This document shows, piece by piece, positions 35,454-46,340 of a stretch of DNA of 64,000 bases (the stretch's first letter is position 1; each line of letters opens with the position of its first letter). A program made the position numbers and the translations under genes. The DNA is from an uncultured Oscillospiraceae bacterium (GTDB taxonomy: Bacteria; Bacillota; Clostridia; Oscillospirales; Oscillospiraceae): assembly GCA_964550315.1 (NCBI GenBank), contig CAZJYY010000007.1, forward strand, positions 2,806 through 66,805, written 5' to 3'. The notes under the pieces were generated by a model, which searched no databases, was not told where the DNA came from, and saw only the letters and a list, made by a program, of their open reading frames with translations.

Positions 35454-37865
35454 TTATGCCTTTGGCTTAATAATAAGGTTAATAAGTTTGTTTTTGACAA
35501 CGATGGTCTTAACGATCTCCATACCCGTGAGAATCTTTTGAATCTTCTCGTCGGCGCAGGCAATGGTCTTAACTGTCTCATCGTCGGCATCCATAGGAAT
35601 CACCACGGTGGTCTTAAGCTTTCCGCCCACCTGAACCGCAATTTCCTTTTCGCTGTCCACAGTCTTGCTCTCGTCATACTTGGGCCAGCTCTGCTGATTG
35701 GCCATGCCCTTGAATCCCTGCAGCTCCCAAAGCTCGTCGGCAATGTGGGGTGCAAAGGGAGAAAGCATGATAAGGAAGGTTTTCATATCCCCTCTTGAGG
35801 GCTTATTCTCATAGAAGGTGTTAACAAGACTCATAAGGGTGGCAATGGCGGTGTTGAACTTCATGTTTTCGATGTCGTCGCTGACCTTTTTGATGGCCTT
35901 ATGAATTTCGGACTCGTTTGCCTTGGAGTAGTCGTCACCCGTAAGTGGTTTTTCAGCCAGATTCCAAACCCTGTCCAAAAAGCGCTTGCAGCCCTTAACA
36001 GCAGTTGCGTTCCAGGGAACAGCCTTTTCAAAGTCGCCGATGAACATGATGTAAAGGCGCAGCGTGTCAGCGCCAAACTCGTCAACAATGTCGTTAGGGT
36101 TAACCACATTGCCGCGGGACTTGGACATCTTATCGCCGCCCTCGCCCAGAATCATGCCATGGCTTGTGCGCTTCATATAGGGTTCCTTGGTTGGAACAAC
36201 CCCTATATCGTAAAGGAACTTGTGCCAGAAACGGCTGTACAAAAGGTGCAGGGTTGTGTGCTCCATTCCGCCGTTGTACCAGTCCACCTGATGCCAATAG
36301 TCCATGGCATCCTTTCCCACCAAAGCTTCACTGTTGTGGGGATCCATATAGCGCAGGTAGTACCAGCTTGAACCCGCCCATTGGGGCATGGTGTCCGTTT
36401 CACGCTTTGCGCTGCCGCCGCAATGGGGGCAGGTGGTGTTCACCCACTCGTCCATGTGGGCAAGGGGGCTCTCGCCGTCGTCGGTGGTTTCATAGCTCTC
36501 AACGTCCGGCAGGCGCACGGGAAGCTCGCTCTCGGGTACAGCGACCCAGCCGCACTTTTCGCAGTAAACCAGCGGAATCGGCTCGCCCCAGTAGCGCTGA
36601 CGGGAGAACACCCAGTCACGGAGCTTGTAGTTTACCTTCTCGTGGCCAAGCTTCTTGTCCGCAAGCCATTTTACAATCTCTTTCTTCGCTTCTTCAACGG
36701 GCATTCCGTTTAGGAAGCCGGAGTTGACCATTATGCCCGTTTCGCAGTCCGTGAAGGCTTCCTCCTCCACATTTCCACCCTTGACAACCTCAATAATTGG
36801 CAGTCCAAAGGTCTTTGCAAACTCCCAGTCACGGGTGTCGTGGGCAGGAACTGCCATAATAGCGCCGGTGCCGTAGCTTGCAAGAACATAGTCTGAGATG
36901 AAAATGGGAATCTCGTTTCCGGTTACGGGGTTTATTGCACAAACGCCCTCAAGCCTGACTCCGGTTTTGTCTTTGGCAAGCTCCGTGCGTTCAAAATCGG
37001 ATTTCTTTGCAGCCGCAGACTGATATTCCCGAACTGCATCTAAATTTGTAAGCCTGTCTGCCCACTTCTCGATGAGTCCGTGCTCCGGTGCCATTACCAT
37101 GTAGGTAGCGCCGAAAAGGGTATCAGGGCGGGTTGTGAAGACCGTCATCGTGTCGCCGGCTGTTGTGCCGAACTCAACCTCGGCACCGGTGGAGCGTCCA
37201 ATCCAGTTTTTCTGCTGGATTTTTACACGCTCAATAAAGTCAACCTCGTCCAAATCGTCAATAAGACGCTGGGCATACTCGGTTATTTTCAGCATCCATT
37301 GGCTTTTTTCCTTGCGCACCACTTCGCTACCGCAACGCTCGCAAACGCCGTTGACAACCTCCTCATTTGCAAGAACACACTTGCAGGAGGTGCACCAGTT
37401 AACGGGCATACTGGTCTTGTAGGCAAGACCCTTTTCAAACATTTTCTGGAAAATCCACTGAGTCCACTTATAGTAGTCAGGGTCGGTAGTGTCCACGCAG
37501 CGATCCCAATCAAATGAAAAGCCCAGCATTTGAAGCTGCTCGGTAAAGCGCTTTATATTGGTCTCCGTCACCTGACGGGGGTGCATATGATTTTTAATGG
37601 CATAGTTCTCTGTGGGCAGGCCAAAGGCATCATAGCCAATGGGGAAAAGAACATTATAACCCTCCATACGGCGCTTTCTTGCAACAATGTCAAGAGCGGT
37701 ATAGGGTCTGGGATGTCCCACGTGAAGTCCCTGTCCTGAAGGGTACGGGAACTCAATAAGTCCGTAAAACTTAGGCTTCTCGCTTCCGTTGACCGCCGTA
37801 TAGACTTTTTCGTCCAGCCAGCGCTTCTGCCATTTTTTCTCAATGGATGTGAAATCGTACTTCAT
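35454..37865 (-). CDS. leuS: leucine--tRNA ligase
   Basis: 803 aa. It has HVGHPRPY (HIGH), KMSKSRGN (KMSKS) and a CP1 editing domain. Confidence 0.97.
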   Translation of the reverse strand: MKYDFTSIEKKWQKRWLDEKVYTAVNGSEKPKFYGLIEFPYPSGQGLHVGHPRPYTALDIVARKRRMEGYNVLFPIGYDAFGLPTENYAIKNHMHPRQVTETNIKRFTEQLQMLGFSFDWDRCVDTTDPDYYKWTQWIFQKMFEKGLAYKTSMPVNWCTSCKCVLANEEVVNGVCERCGSEVVRKEKSQWMLKITEYAQRLIDDLDEVDFIERVKIQQKNWIGRSTGAEVEFGTTAGDTMTVFTTRPDTLFGATYMVMAPEHGLIEKWADRLTNLDAVREYQSAAAKKSDFERTELAKDKTGVRLEGVCAINPVTGNEIPIFISDYVLASYGTGAIMAVPAHDTRDWEFAKTFGLPIIEVVKGGNVEEEAFTDCETGIMVNSGFLNGMPVEEAKKEIVKWLADKKLGHEKVNYKLRDWVFSRQRYWGEPIPLVYCEKCGWVAVPESELPVRLPDVESYETTDDGESPLAHMDEWVNTTCPHCGGSAKRETDTMPQWAGSSWYYLRYMDPHNSEALVGKDAMDYWHQVDWYNGGMEHTTLHLLYSRFWHKFLYDIGVVPTKEPYMKRTSHGMILGEGGDKMSKSRGNVVNPNDIVDEFGADTLRLYIMFIGDFEKAVPWNATAVKGCKRFLDRVWNLAEKPLTGDDYSKANESEIHKAIKKVSDDIENMKFNTAIATLMSLVNTFYENKPSRGDMKTFLIMLSPFAPHIADELWELQGFKGMANQQSWPKYDESKTVDSEKEIAVQVGGKLKTTVVIPMDADDETVKTIACADEKIQKILTGMEIVKTIVVKNKLINLIIKPKA

Positions 37866-37910
37866 AGCTTTCTCTATCCTCTATTCAAACGGGCGCACAC
37901 CGCCCAAAAA

Positions 37911-38273
37911 TTATCTTTCGCCAACAAGGGCGGAAACGTCCACGTCCTCTGCATCCTGCCAAAGCCGCTCCAGTGAGTAAAACTCACGGGCCTCGTCAAG
38001 GAAAACGTGAACCACAACGCAGCCATAGTCCAAAAGAACCCAGCCGCCGCTGCGATAGCCTTCACGGTGGATAACCTTTTCACCCTCCGCCTCAAGCTTT
38101 GCCTCCACCTCGTCACAAAGACTTTTAATCTGCGTGGTGGAGTTTGCCGTGCATATTACAAAGTAATCTGCAAGTACTGAAATTTTGTCAATTTTCAAAA
38201 GCTTGATGTCCTTGCCTATTTTGTTGGCGAGAACACCTACTATTTTTTCAGCCATTTGCTGAGATGTCATCAT
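37911..38273 (-). CDS. rsfS: ribosome silencing factor RsfS
   Basis: 120 aa. ADYFVICTANSTTQIKSL...GGWVLLDYGCVVVHVF is typical of RsfS/YbeB. Confidence 0.9.
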   Translation of the reverse strand: MMTSQQMAEKIVGVLANKIGKDIKLLKIDKISVLADYFVICTANSTTQIKSLCDEVEAKLEAEGEKVIHREGYRSGGWVLLDYGCVVVHVFLDEAREFYSLERLWQDAEDVDVSALVGER

Positions 38274-38290
38274 GTGGTAGTTTCCTTTCT

Positions 38291-39586
38291 TTATCCCTTG
38301 CCCCAGGCGAAGTTTGTATACACCTCAGAGCCGTCTGTGGTGGCAAAATCCTCCACCTCTGCATAGTGCTGGCTATTTATCAAAGCCCTGTCGACAATCG
38401 TATGAACAATTGTAAGTTCTTCCTTTGTTATTTGTCTTTCATACGGGTTTATGGTCTCGTTTATCATTTTAACCCAGGCATCAGGCATAAGCTGAACATA
38501 AGCTGTGTCTCTCACCCAAACGCCTGCAGTAGGGGCGGTGTAGAAATGAATGTCCTCCATAGACATCTGAAGGAACTTTTCACCGAACCACTGGATATTT
38601 CCAAGTGAAAGGTCGGTTTTGCAGTGATCCATAACGGCTTTCACCATGTCCATCAGCGTTACAATGTTCCTTGTGCTCATAGCCTTTTGGGCTATTGCCA
38701 TCATAAGGTCGTGCTGAACCTCAATACGCTGCCAGTCTCCGGCAGGATAACCGCGAAAACGGAAAACGCCCAGAGCATCATAGCCATTGAGAGTCTGCAC
38801 TCCCTTTTTAACATTTATAACAAATTCATAGGGGCTGCCATCGGGATATCTTGCATAGTCCTCATGGTACATATCCGTAGGGACATCAAACTCAATTCCA
38901 CCCAAGGCATCCACCACGCTCATAAAGACCTGAATGTCCAGCATTACATAGTTGTTGGGACGAAAGCCGGTGATACCTTCAAGCTCATCCATAAGCTTAT
39001 CCATTCCACCATTGTTATCGTAATATGCGGCATTTATTCTTTTCGTTCCCCGTTCTACATTAACAATCGTGTCCCTAGGGATAGAGACGATGTCTGCCTT
39101 CATCTCCACTGTGTCAAAGCGGGCAATCATTATTGTATCCGTATTAAGTCCAACCTGATCCTCTCCCACAACAAGCACCGTGTAGTAGCGCTCCTGCGTG
39201 GCAACAGGGTTCTCATCTTCGGAAATTACCGGGGGCTCGTTTTTCTCAGGCGGCTTTGTTGTAACCTTCCAATATATAAAGGCAGCTGCCAGAAGCAGAA
39301 CAACAACAAGCAAAACGCTAAGTACGACCTTACCGGCCCTCCCCTTCTTTTTCGGGGGCTGAGGAGACTGCTGTGCGGGTCTGCGCTGCTGCGACGGCAC
39401 AGGCTGACGCTGCGGCTGTGCCGATTGACGCTGCGGCTGCTGAATATTTGCCTGCTGTCTTATTGGCTGCTGGGGCGCAGGCTGTTCGTTTTCAAATCTG
39501 TTTATATGGCTACCGCCTGTGCTTCGAGAGGGTTCAGAATGGCTGCCGCTGCGGCTCCCCCCACTGTTTCCACCAAAGACTTTCAT
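38291..39586 (-). CDS. LytR-CpsA-Psr (LCP) family cell-wall glycopolymer transferase
   Basis: It has a Gln/Pro-rich cytoplasmic N-terminus, one TM helix (VVLSVLLVVVLLLAAAFIY), then the LCP core NTDTIMIARFD...SIPRDT. Confidence 0.85.
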   Translation of the reverse strand: MKVFGGNSGGSRSGSHSEPSRSTGGSHINRFENEQPAPQQPIRQQANIQQPQRQSAQPQRQPVPSQQRRPAQQSPQPPKKKGRAGKVVLSVLLVVVLLLAAAFIYWKVTTKPPEKNEPPVISEDENPVATQERYYTVLVVGEDQVGLNTDTIMIARFDTVEMKADIVSIPRDTIVNVERGTKRINAAYYDNNGGMDKLMDELEGITGFRPNNYVMLDIQVFMSVVDALGGIEFDVPTDMYHEDYARYPDGSPYEFVINVKKGVQTLNGYDALGVFRFRGYPAGDWQRIEVQHDLMMAIAQKAMSTRNIVTLMDMVKAVMDHCKTDLSLGNIQWFGEKFLQMSMEDIHFYTAPTAGVWVRDTAYVQLMPDAWVKMINETINPYERQITKEELTIVHTIVDRALINSQHYAEVEDFATTDGSEVYTNFAWGKG

Positions 39587-39632
39587 ATTATTTTATCCTT
39601 TCACCAACCGTCTTAATATGCAAACACTATGC

Positions 39633-40826
39633 TTAAAAGACGGTGTTTGTGTCGGTTTTGTTTCCATTTTGCAGAAATTCCAGAGCTTTTATCGAATTAA
39701 CATGGGGCGTTGTCCCTCTCCGCTGAAGATCTTCAATGCCCATTTGAAGGCCCAAAGCCACGGCCTTGTCCAAATTTTCATAGGCCAGCGTGCGAAGCTC
39801 CTCAACGCCTTCAAAGCTGCGGTTTGGTTCAATATAGTCCGCCATATAGATTATTTTTTCAAGCAGGCTCATATCAGGCTTTCCCGTGGTGTGCCATAAA
39901 ATTGCGTTATAAACCTCGTCACATACGCCAAAGTGCCTTCTTGAAAATTCCGCTCCGGTTTTTGAGTGCAGCAGCTTATAGTTGCTCCGCTCGTCATCGT
40001 CCGTAATAATATCATAGTCCTGACACAATTTCAACTGCTCAGGCCCCTTTAGTTTCTTTGTTATGTCGTGAAGTATACCGGCTTCTGCCGCCAAATCCGG
40101 GTCAGCACCCCAACGTCTTGCAAGCTTCACAGCCTCCTGCTCGCACCCCATAACGTGGGGAATGCGTCTCTCGTCAAGGCAGGCGTAGGCCCTGTCTCTC
40201 AGCCATTGAAATTCCGGACAGGCACCATAAAGCCGCTTTCTTATTATCTCCCCGTAAACATCCTCGGGGAAATACTCTGTTCCCTTCCGGTTTCTTAATA
40301 GCTCCCTAAGCCTTGTTGAGGAAATCTCAACCGGCGTGAAGCTTAGGACTTCTATCCTTGCGCCATACTCGCCCTTCAGCTTTTCGGCCATTTCGGAAAT
40401 ACGGGTACAATCACCCTCTCCTCTTGGAAAAACAGCCAGTGTGACAAGCTGAAAAATACGCCGGAAATTGCGCCAACTCTCAAAGCACTCCAGCATGTCC
40501 GTACCCATGAGAAGGAAAAGCTCGTCATCGGGCCAGCGGGTTTTAAGCTCCTCCAGCGTGTCCACTGTATAGCTTTTTCCCCCCCGCACAAGCTCAATGT
40601 CCAAAACCTCCGTATTGTGCAGGCGAGAAAAAGCCAAGCTTGTCAGCGCAAAGCGATCTTCCGCACCGGGGCTTCCCTCCGCCTGCTGCTTATGGGGCGG
40701 AGTGAAGCTGGGAATTATAAAAAGCCTGTCTGCCGAAAGCATTGCAAGCGCGGCGCTAGCCGCCTCCACATGGCCGATATGAGGCGGGTTAAAGCTCCCG
40801 CCGAATATGGCTGTGCGCATAGCCAT
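39633..40826 (-). CDS. nadD: fused nicotinate-nucleotide adenylyltransferase (NadD) and HD-domain phosphohydrolase (YqeK-like)
   Basis: The N-terminus is IFGGSFNPPHIGH (the H/TxGH nucleotidyltransferase motif) and ISSTRLR. The C-terminal half has HVMGCE...ILHDITK (HD motif) as in YqeK. Confidence 0.88.
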   Translation of the reverse strand: MAMRTAIFGGSFNPPHIGHVEAASAALAMLSADRLFIIPSFTPPHKQQAEGSPGAEDRFALTSLAFSRLHNTEVLDIELVRGGKSYTVDTLEELKTRWPDDELFLLMGTDMLECFESWRNFRRIFQLVTLAVFPRGEGDCTRISEMAEKLKGEYGARIEVLSFTPVEISSTRLRELLRNRKGTEYFPEDVYGEIIRKRLYGACPEFQWLRDRAYACLDERRIPHVMGCEQEAVKLARRWGADPDLAAEAGILHDITKKLKGPEQLKLCQDYDIITDDDERSNYKLLHSKTGAEFSRRHFGVCDEVYNAILWHTTGKPDMSLLEKIIYMADYIEPNRSFEGVEELRTLAYENLDKAVALGLQMGIEDLQRRGTTPHVNSIKALEFLQNGNKTDTNTVF

Positions 40827-40843
40827 CCCTCCCGAAATAGTCT

Positions 40844-41152
40844 CTATTTTTTCTTCTGAGTTTTTGGCAATTCTATTTTCGGCTTAAGCTCGTTGCGTTT
40901 GTACAGCACAAATTTGCTGCCTATCACCTGAACACCCTCGGCCTTGCACTGAAGGCAAAGTGCGTCACAGGCTTCTCTGGGTGTAAGCATGGAATTTTCC
41001 AGAACCCGCCCCTTAACAAGCTCCCTTGCCTTCAGAGCCTCTTTGGTTTGGGTAATAACATTTTCCGTAAGGTCGCCCTTTCCGATGTGTATGATGGTAT
41101 CCTCGCTGGCGGCAAGTCCCCGCAGATATGCTCGCTGTTTACTTGTCAGCAT
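40844..41152 (-). CDS. yhbY: ribosome assembly RNA-binding protein YhbY (CRM domain)
   Basis: 102 aa. LTSKQRAYLRGLA...IHIGKGDLTENV...ELVK is typical of YhbY. Confidence 0.88.
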   Translation of the reverse strand: MLTSKQRAYLRGLAASEDTIIHIGKGDLTENVITQTKEALKARELVKGRVLENSMLTPREACDALCLQCKAEGVQVIGSKFVLYKRNELKPKIELPKTQKKK

Positions 41153-41735
41153 AATAGCTCCTTAATTTCTCTTCAAAATTCCTTAGGGCCGCTCCCCTGT
41201 GGGAAACGGCATTCTTTTCTTCGGCACTTATCTCCGACATTGTTTTGCCCGATTCCGGGAATTCAAATACAGGGTCGTAGCCAAAGCCGCCTGCCCCCCT
41301 TGGGACAGGGCTTATAACGCCCTCGCATTCCCCACGGGCTTCGATAATATCCCCATTAGGAAAAACGCAGGCAATGCATGAAACAAATCGGGCGCTTCTT
41401 TGGGTCTTTCCCTCCATATTTTTCAATAGGAGGGCCGTGCGCTCCATATCGTTTTTGCATTCATCGCCGCCGTAGCGGGCGGAATAGATCCCCGGCTCTC
41501 CCCCAAGGGCATCAACCACAAGTCCTGAATCGTCGGCAATTGCAGGCTCACCAAGGGCATCGCAGGCTGCCCGGGCTTTAATAAGGGCATTTTCCTCAAA
41601 GCTTGTGCCGGTTTCCTCGGCCTCCAGCTCAAGTCCTGCATCCCGCTGGGAAATAACCTCCGCTCCGGTGGCTGAGAGTATTTGAGAAAGCTCGGAAAGC
41701 TTCCCTTTGTTGTTACTTGCAAGTATAAATCTCAT
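41139..41735 (-). CDS. rdgB: dITP/XTP pyrophosphatase (RdgB/HAM1 family)
   Basis: ILASNNKGKLSE, EETGTSFEENA, DDSGLVVDAL and FGYDPVF motifs. Confidence 0.92.
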   Translation of the reverse strand: MRFILASNNKGKLSELSQILSATGAEVISQRDAGLELEAEETGTSFEENALIKARAACDALGEPAIADDSGLVVDALGGEPGIYSARYGGDECKNDMERTALLLKNMEGKTQRSARFVSCIACVFPNGDIIEARGECEGVISPVPRGAGGFGYDPVFEFPESGKTMSEISAEEKNAVSHRGAALRNFEEKLRSYYADK

Positions 41736-42643
41736 TGCTGCAGCAGCGCCTCCACAAAGCCCTCAGGCTCAAAGGGCATAAGGTCGTCAACTCCCTCGCC
41801 CACTCCAATATATTTTACAGGCAGCTTAAGCTCGTCGGCAATGGCAAAAACAATTCCGCCCTTCGCCGTACCGTCCAGCTTTGTAAGGACAATACCTGTA
41901 ATATCTGCGGTGTCTTTAAACTGCTTTGCCTGAATAAGTCCATTTTGTCCAGTGGTGGCATCCAACACCAAAAGTGTTTCCTTGTCCGCCTCGGGAAGCT
42001 CACGTGCAATAATCCTTGTTATCTTATTCAGCTCGTTCATAAGGTTCTGCTTATTGTGCAGGCGGCCTGCAGTGTCAATGATTATCACGTCACAGCCACG
42101 GGCCTTTGCCGCCGCAATACCGTCAAAAACCACGGAAGCAGGGTCGCTGCCCTCCTCGTGGCGGACAATATCGGCCTTTGCCCGATCCGCCCAAATTGTA
42201 AGCTGCTCCGCAGCGGCGGCACGGAAGGTGTCTCCCGCAACCAGCATTACTTTTTTGCCTTCTGCGCTCATCTTTGCCGCAAGCTTTCCGATGGTGGTGG
42301 TTTTTCCGACGCCGTTTACACCAACCATTAGGATAATTGCAGGCTTTGTTGCAAGCTTAAGCTCCCTGCCCTCAATATTCAAAACCTCTGTAAGAACCTC
42401 GTTAAAGGCGTTTTTAACTTCTTCGCCGCCCCGAAGGCCCCTGGCCTTAACAAGCTGCCTTAGCTTTTCAACCGCTTCAACCGAGGTGTCCACTCCGGCG
42501 TCAGCAAGGATAAGAGCTTCCTCAAGCTCGTCAAAAAACTCCTCATTTTCACCGGAAAAGCTTGCGAACATGTTGTTCATTTGAATTGACATGTTCTTTT
42601 TTGTTCTTGCAAGCCCCTGTTTTATCTTGTCAAAGAAACCCAT
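41732..42643 (-). CDS. ftsY: signal recognition particle receptor FtsY
   Basis: MVGVNGVGKTTTIGKLA, GDTFRAAA, DTAGRL and TKLDGTAKGG SRP-GTPase motifs. Confidence 0.95.
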   Translation of the reverse strand: MGFFDKIKQGLARTKKNMSIQMNNMFASFSGENEEFFDELEEALILADAGVDTSVEAVEKLRQLVKARGLRGGEEVKNAFNEVLTEVLNIEGRELKLATKPAIILMVGVNGVGKTTTIGKLAAKMSAEGKKVMLVAGDTFRAAAAEQLTIWADRAKADIVRHEEGSDPASVVFDGIAAAKARGCDVIIIDTAGRLHNKQNLMNELNKITRIIARELPEADKETLLVLDATTGQNGLIQAKQFKDTADITGIVLTKLDGTAKGGIVFAIADELKLPVKYIGVGEGVDDLMPFEPEGFVEALLQQ

Positions 42644-42686
42644 TTTTGTCTCCTTATGATTTTATTGTATCGCCAAATTTGGGAGC

Positions 42687-45600
42687 TTAGCCGGAAATGG
42701 CCTTTTCAGCCTCCTCCAGATCCACGCTCAGTACTTGAGAAACGCCCTTTTCCTGCATGGTTACGCCGTAGAGCATGTCCGACTCCTCCATGGTTCCTCG
42801 GCGGTGAGTAATTACAATGAACTGGGTGCTGTGAGTAAGCCTTCGCATGTACTGGGCATAGCGTGTAACGTTGGCTTCGTCCAGCGCCGCCTCAATTTCG
42901 TCCATAACGCAGAAGGGGGCAGGGCGAACCTTCATAATGGCAAAATACAGGGCAATTGCAACAAATGCCTTTTCGCCGCCGGACATAAGGCTGATGGTAG
43001 AAAGTGCCTTTCCGGGGGGCTGAACCTTAATTTCAATGCCGCAGCTCAGAATATCTTCCTCGTCCTCAAGGATAAGTGCAGCTCTTCCCCCGCCGAAAAG
43101 CTCAAGGAAGGTCGTACGGAAGCTCTCGTCAATTGCCTTAAACTCCCTTGCAAAAATTTCCTTCATTTCGCCGGTTATATCCGCAATTATCTTAAGAAGG
43201 TCTCGCTTTGCCTTCTCCACATCGTCACGCTGCTCTGTTAGGAAGTTATACCTTGTGCTGACCCGCTCGTATTCCTCGATAGCACCCAGGTTTGGCGTGC
43301 CAAGGGAAGAAATCTCCCGCTTAATACTGCTTATGCGTTTTGTGGCGATGCTCAGATTTTCAACCGGTTGACGCACAAGCTGCGCCGCCGTACGGGAAAG
43401 CTCATAGCTGTCCCAAAGCTTATCGATAATCTGCTTTTCCTCCATTTCGGAGGCAAGCTTCTTCTGCTCAATTGCAGCGGAAAGCCGCTCTAAATCAAGA
43501 AGCTCCTTATTTTTTTCCTGAGCGTCACGGTCGCTTTGTGTGCGCCGTCCCTCAAGCTCCAGCTTTTGGGTATTGATGACGGAAAGCTCACTTCTTATGC
43601 TTTCAGCACGCTGCCTTCCCATTGCAAGCTTTTCCTCAGCTTTGGAGATTTCTTCCTCCATCTGTTTATTTTCCGCAAGCAGGCCCTCAATGGTTTGCCT
43701 GCGTGTATTTTCATCCCTCGAAAGGTCTGAATGCAGCTCACGAAGCTGCTCCACAGCAGCAAGGGTGGTATCGCTTTCGGAAATAAGAGAGGATCTTCCC
43801 TCCGCAATAGTGGAAAGTCTCTCCGAAAGCTCCCGTGCCTGCCGTTCACGCTCAATATTGCTTTGTGTAAGCTCCTCCACCCGCTTGTCTGCGGCGGTCA
43901 GCGCCTTTTCAAGCTCAGTAATGTCAATCTGTGCCGAGCTGATGCGCTCCTCGCTCTCCTGCCGCCTTAAATCGCTGTTTTGCTCTTCCTCTTCAAGGCC
44001 CTTGATAGCCTTTTGAGTCTCCTGGGCAAGGAAGCTTGTTTGGGTAACGGCGCTGTCACATTCCCTGCGGCGCTCCGTGGCCTCCCTAAGCTCAAATTCG
44101 GCAGTGGACAGCTCATACCTTGCCGAGCTAAGCTCCCGGCTTGCCTCTGCAAAGCGCTCGGAGCAATCCTTTTCCTCCGCTGTAAGCTCCACAAGCTTCT
44201 CTTTAAGAGCTTTTAGCTCGTTGGCACGGGATAGTATGCCCACGTTCTTTGCGGTGCTTCCGCCTGTCATAGAGCCGCCGGCGTTAATAAGCTGCCCGTC
44301 AAGGGTCACTATGCGAAGCTGGTTGTCGTGTTTTTTGGAAAGCCGCACTGCGTCCGCCAAGGTTTCCGCAACCACGGTTCTTCCAAGAAGATTTGAAAAA
44401 ACATCCTTAAATTTCTCATCGAAGCGGGCAAGCTCCAGCGCAGTGCCAAGAAAGCCCTGCTCGCCGTCTATGCGCCGATTAAGACTTGAGCCCCTAATTG
44501 TATTCACGGGAAGGAAGGTGGCACGACCCGCGTCCTGCCGCTTCAAAAGCTCAATTGCGGCCTTGCCCTGCTCCTGGGTATCCACCACTATGCTTTGCAT
44601 GGAACCGCCAAGGGCAGTTTCAACGGCAAGAGCATACCTGTCATCTGTCTTGACAAGATTGGCAACAGGTCCAAAAACACCACGCAGGGTTCCTCGCTCA
44701 TGCTCTCGCATAACGGTTTTAACAGCCTTTGAATAACCTTCAAATTCCTTTTCCATCTCGCCCAGCATGTTTGCCCGGGAGCGAGTGGAATTAAGCTCGA
44801 TAGTAAGCTTTGTACGCTTTTCCTCAAGGGACTTGACCTTGCCCTCCCTGCCCTGAATCCGCAGAGAATAGCCCTCTATCATGTTGGAAAGCTCATCGGT
44901 TTTTTCCTTTGCGGAGGCTGCGTTTGCCCTTTCCTCCGCAAGCTGAGCATTTAGCAAATCAAGGCGCTTTTTCGCCTCCTCAATGTCATTGCTGCGGCGG
45001 CTGTCCCCTTCTTCAAGCTGCTTTTGTGCATCCGAAAGCATGGTGACCATCGTGTTAAGGTGAGCAAGCCTTGACGACAGGTCATTTTTCTTCTGAAAAA
45101 GCTCCGCCATCTCACGCTTTTGTGCGTCATCACCCTCAGCCTGGGCGCTCATGCTCTGGGACAGTCCCGAAAGCTCGCTGTCAAGCCGAAGAATTTCAGT
45201 CTTTATGTCTTCAACACGGGCAATGCGCTGATCTATCTGTGCAGACAGACTCTTTGACCGTTCGCCCTGTTCGCCGATTTCAGCTTCAAGCTGACTGCGT
45301 CTTTCCTCGTTGTGCTGCAAGCTGTTTTTTAGAACCGCAAGGGCACTTTCCTGCTCTGCACAGGCATTTTCCGTTTCTCCAAGCTTTACTCGGGTGTTTT
45401 CTGCTTCGATGTCCTTTTCCCGCATTTTCTCGGAAAAATTCTCAGATGCAGCATACAAACCATTAAGCTCGTCGTGAGCCTTCAAAAGCTCCGCCTTTGA
45501 CTTTTCCCAGTCCATTTCCACGGTTTTTGCCCGCTCGTTAAGCTTGTCCAGGGTTTCCATCCACACCGAAACTTCCAAAAGACGCAGCTCGTCACGAAGA

Positions 45601-46250
45601 ACAAGGTACTTCTTTGCGGTTTCCGCCTGTTGCTTGAGCGGGTCAACCTGGATTTTCAGCTCGTCTATCTTGTCGTTAATACGCACAAGATTTTCTTCCG
45701 TGTGCATGAGCTTGCGCTCGCTTTCATCCTTGCGATAGCGATAGCGGGAAATGCCTGCGGCCTCCTCAAAAAGCTCACGCCGATCACCGCTTTTTGCGCT
45801 GACCACCTCTGATATTCTTCCCTGTCCGATTATTGAATAGCCGAAGCGCCCAAGACCGGTGTCCATAAGAAGCTCGGTAATATCACGAAGGCGCACATTT
45901 TCTTTGTTTATGTAGTATTCGCTTTCACCGCTTCTGTAATAGCGGCGGGTTATCATAACCTCCGTGCTGTCCAAATCAAAAATACGACTGCTGTTGTCTA
46001 CGATAAGCGAAACCTGGGCAAAGCCCATTTTGGGACGCTTCTCGGTTCCGCCGAAAATAACGTCCTCCATCTTGCCGCCCCGCAGCGCTTTGGAGCGCTG
46101 TTCGCCCATGACCCATAAAATAGCATCCGAAATATTTGATTTGCCGCTGCCATTGGGGCCAACGATAGCGGTAATGTCCTTTTCAAAGGTCAACCTTGTT
46201 TTGTCGGGAAAGGATTTAAAGCCTTGTATTTCAAGTGCTTTTAGGTACAT
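42687..46250 (-). CDS. smc: chromosome segregation protein SMC
   Basis: 1187 aa. It has N-terminal Walker A GPNGSGKSN, long coiled coils, a hinge, and a C-terminal LSGGEK signature plus a DEIEAALD Walker B. Confidence 0.97.
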   Translation of the reverse strand: MYLKALEIQGFKSFPDKTRLTFEKDITAIVGPNGSGKSNISDAILWVMGEQRSKALRGGKMEDVIFGGTEKRPKMGFAQVSLIVDNSSRIFDLDSTEVMITRRYYRSGESEYYINKENVRLRDITELLMDTGLGRFGYSIIGQGRISEVVSAKSGDRRELFEEAAGISRYRYRKDESERKLMHTEENLVRINDKIDELKIQVDPLKQQAETAKKYLVLRDELRLLEVSVWMETLDKLNERAKTVEMDWEKSKAELLKAHDELNGLYAASENFSEKMREKDIEAENTRVKLGETENACAEQESALAVLKNSLQHNEERRSQLEAEIGEQGERSKSLSAQIDQRIARVEDIKTEILRLDSELSGLSQSMSAQAEGDDAQKREMAELFQKKNDLSSRLAHLNTMVTMLSDAQKQLEEGDSRRSNDIEEAKKRLDLLNAQLAEERANAASAKEKTDELSNMIEGYSLRIQGREGKVKSLEEKRTKLTIELNSTRSRANMLGEMEKEFEGYSKAVKTVMREHERGTLRGVFGPVANLVKTDDRYALAVETALGGSMQSIVVDTQEQGKAAIELLKRQDAGRATFLPVNTIRGSSLNRRIDGEQGFLGTALELARFDEKFKDVFSNLLGRTVVAETLADAVRLSKKHDNQLRIVTLDGQLINAGGSMTGGSTAKNVGILSRANELKALKEKLVELTAEEKDCSERFAEASRELSSARYELSTAEFELREATERRRECDSAVTQTSFLAQETQKAIKGLEEEEQNSDLRRQESEERISSAQIDITELEKALTAADKRVEELTQSNIERERQARELSERLSTIAEGRSSLISESDTTLAAVEQLRELHSDLSRDENTRRQTIEGLLAENKQMEEEISKAEEKLAMGRQRAESIRSELSVINTQKLELEGRRTQSDRDAQEKNKELLDLERLSAAIEQKKLASEMEEKQIIDKLWDSYELSRTAAQLVRQPVENLSIATKRISSIKREISSLGTPNLGAIEEYERVSTRYNFLTEQRDDVEKAKRDLLKIIADITGEMKEIFAREFKAIDESFRTTFLELFGGGRAALILEDEEDILSCGIEIKVQPPGKALSTISLMSGGEKAFVAIALYFAIMKVRPAPFCVMDEIEAALDEANVTRYAQYMRRLTHSTQFIVITHRRGTMEESDMLYGVTMQEKGVSQVLSVDLEEAEKAISG

Positions 46251-46340
46251 TTGTCACCTCAGCATGTTTGATTATCGAAATTTAAACCGCAATATGTTGT
46301 AGAATAATTAAGTATACACCACAAGCACTGTTTTTGCAAC

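Noticed and set aside
37866-37910. Expected T-box leaders upstream of leuS and lysS
   Set aside because: Only 45 nt separate rsfS from leuS, and 1 nt separates greA from lysS. There is no room for a leader of about 200 nt. Both synthetase genes are evidently co-transcribed with their upstream genes.
39405-39439. 14-nt direct repeat TGACGCTGCGGCTG, present twice with a 21-nt period
   Set aside because: It lies inside the LCP gene and simply encodes the repetitive Gln/Pro/Arg-rich cytoplasmic tail (QPQRQ repeats). It is coding low-complexity sequence, not a regulatory repeat.
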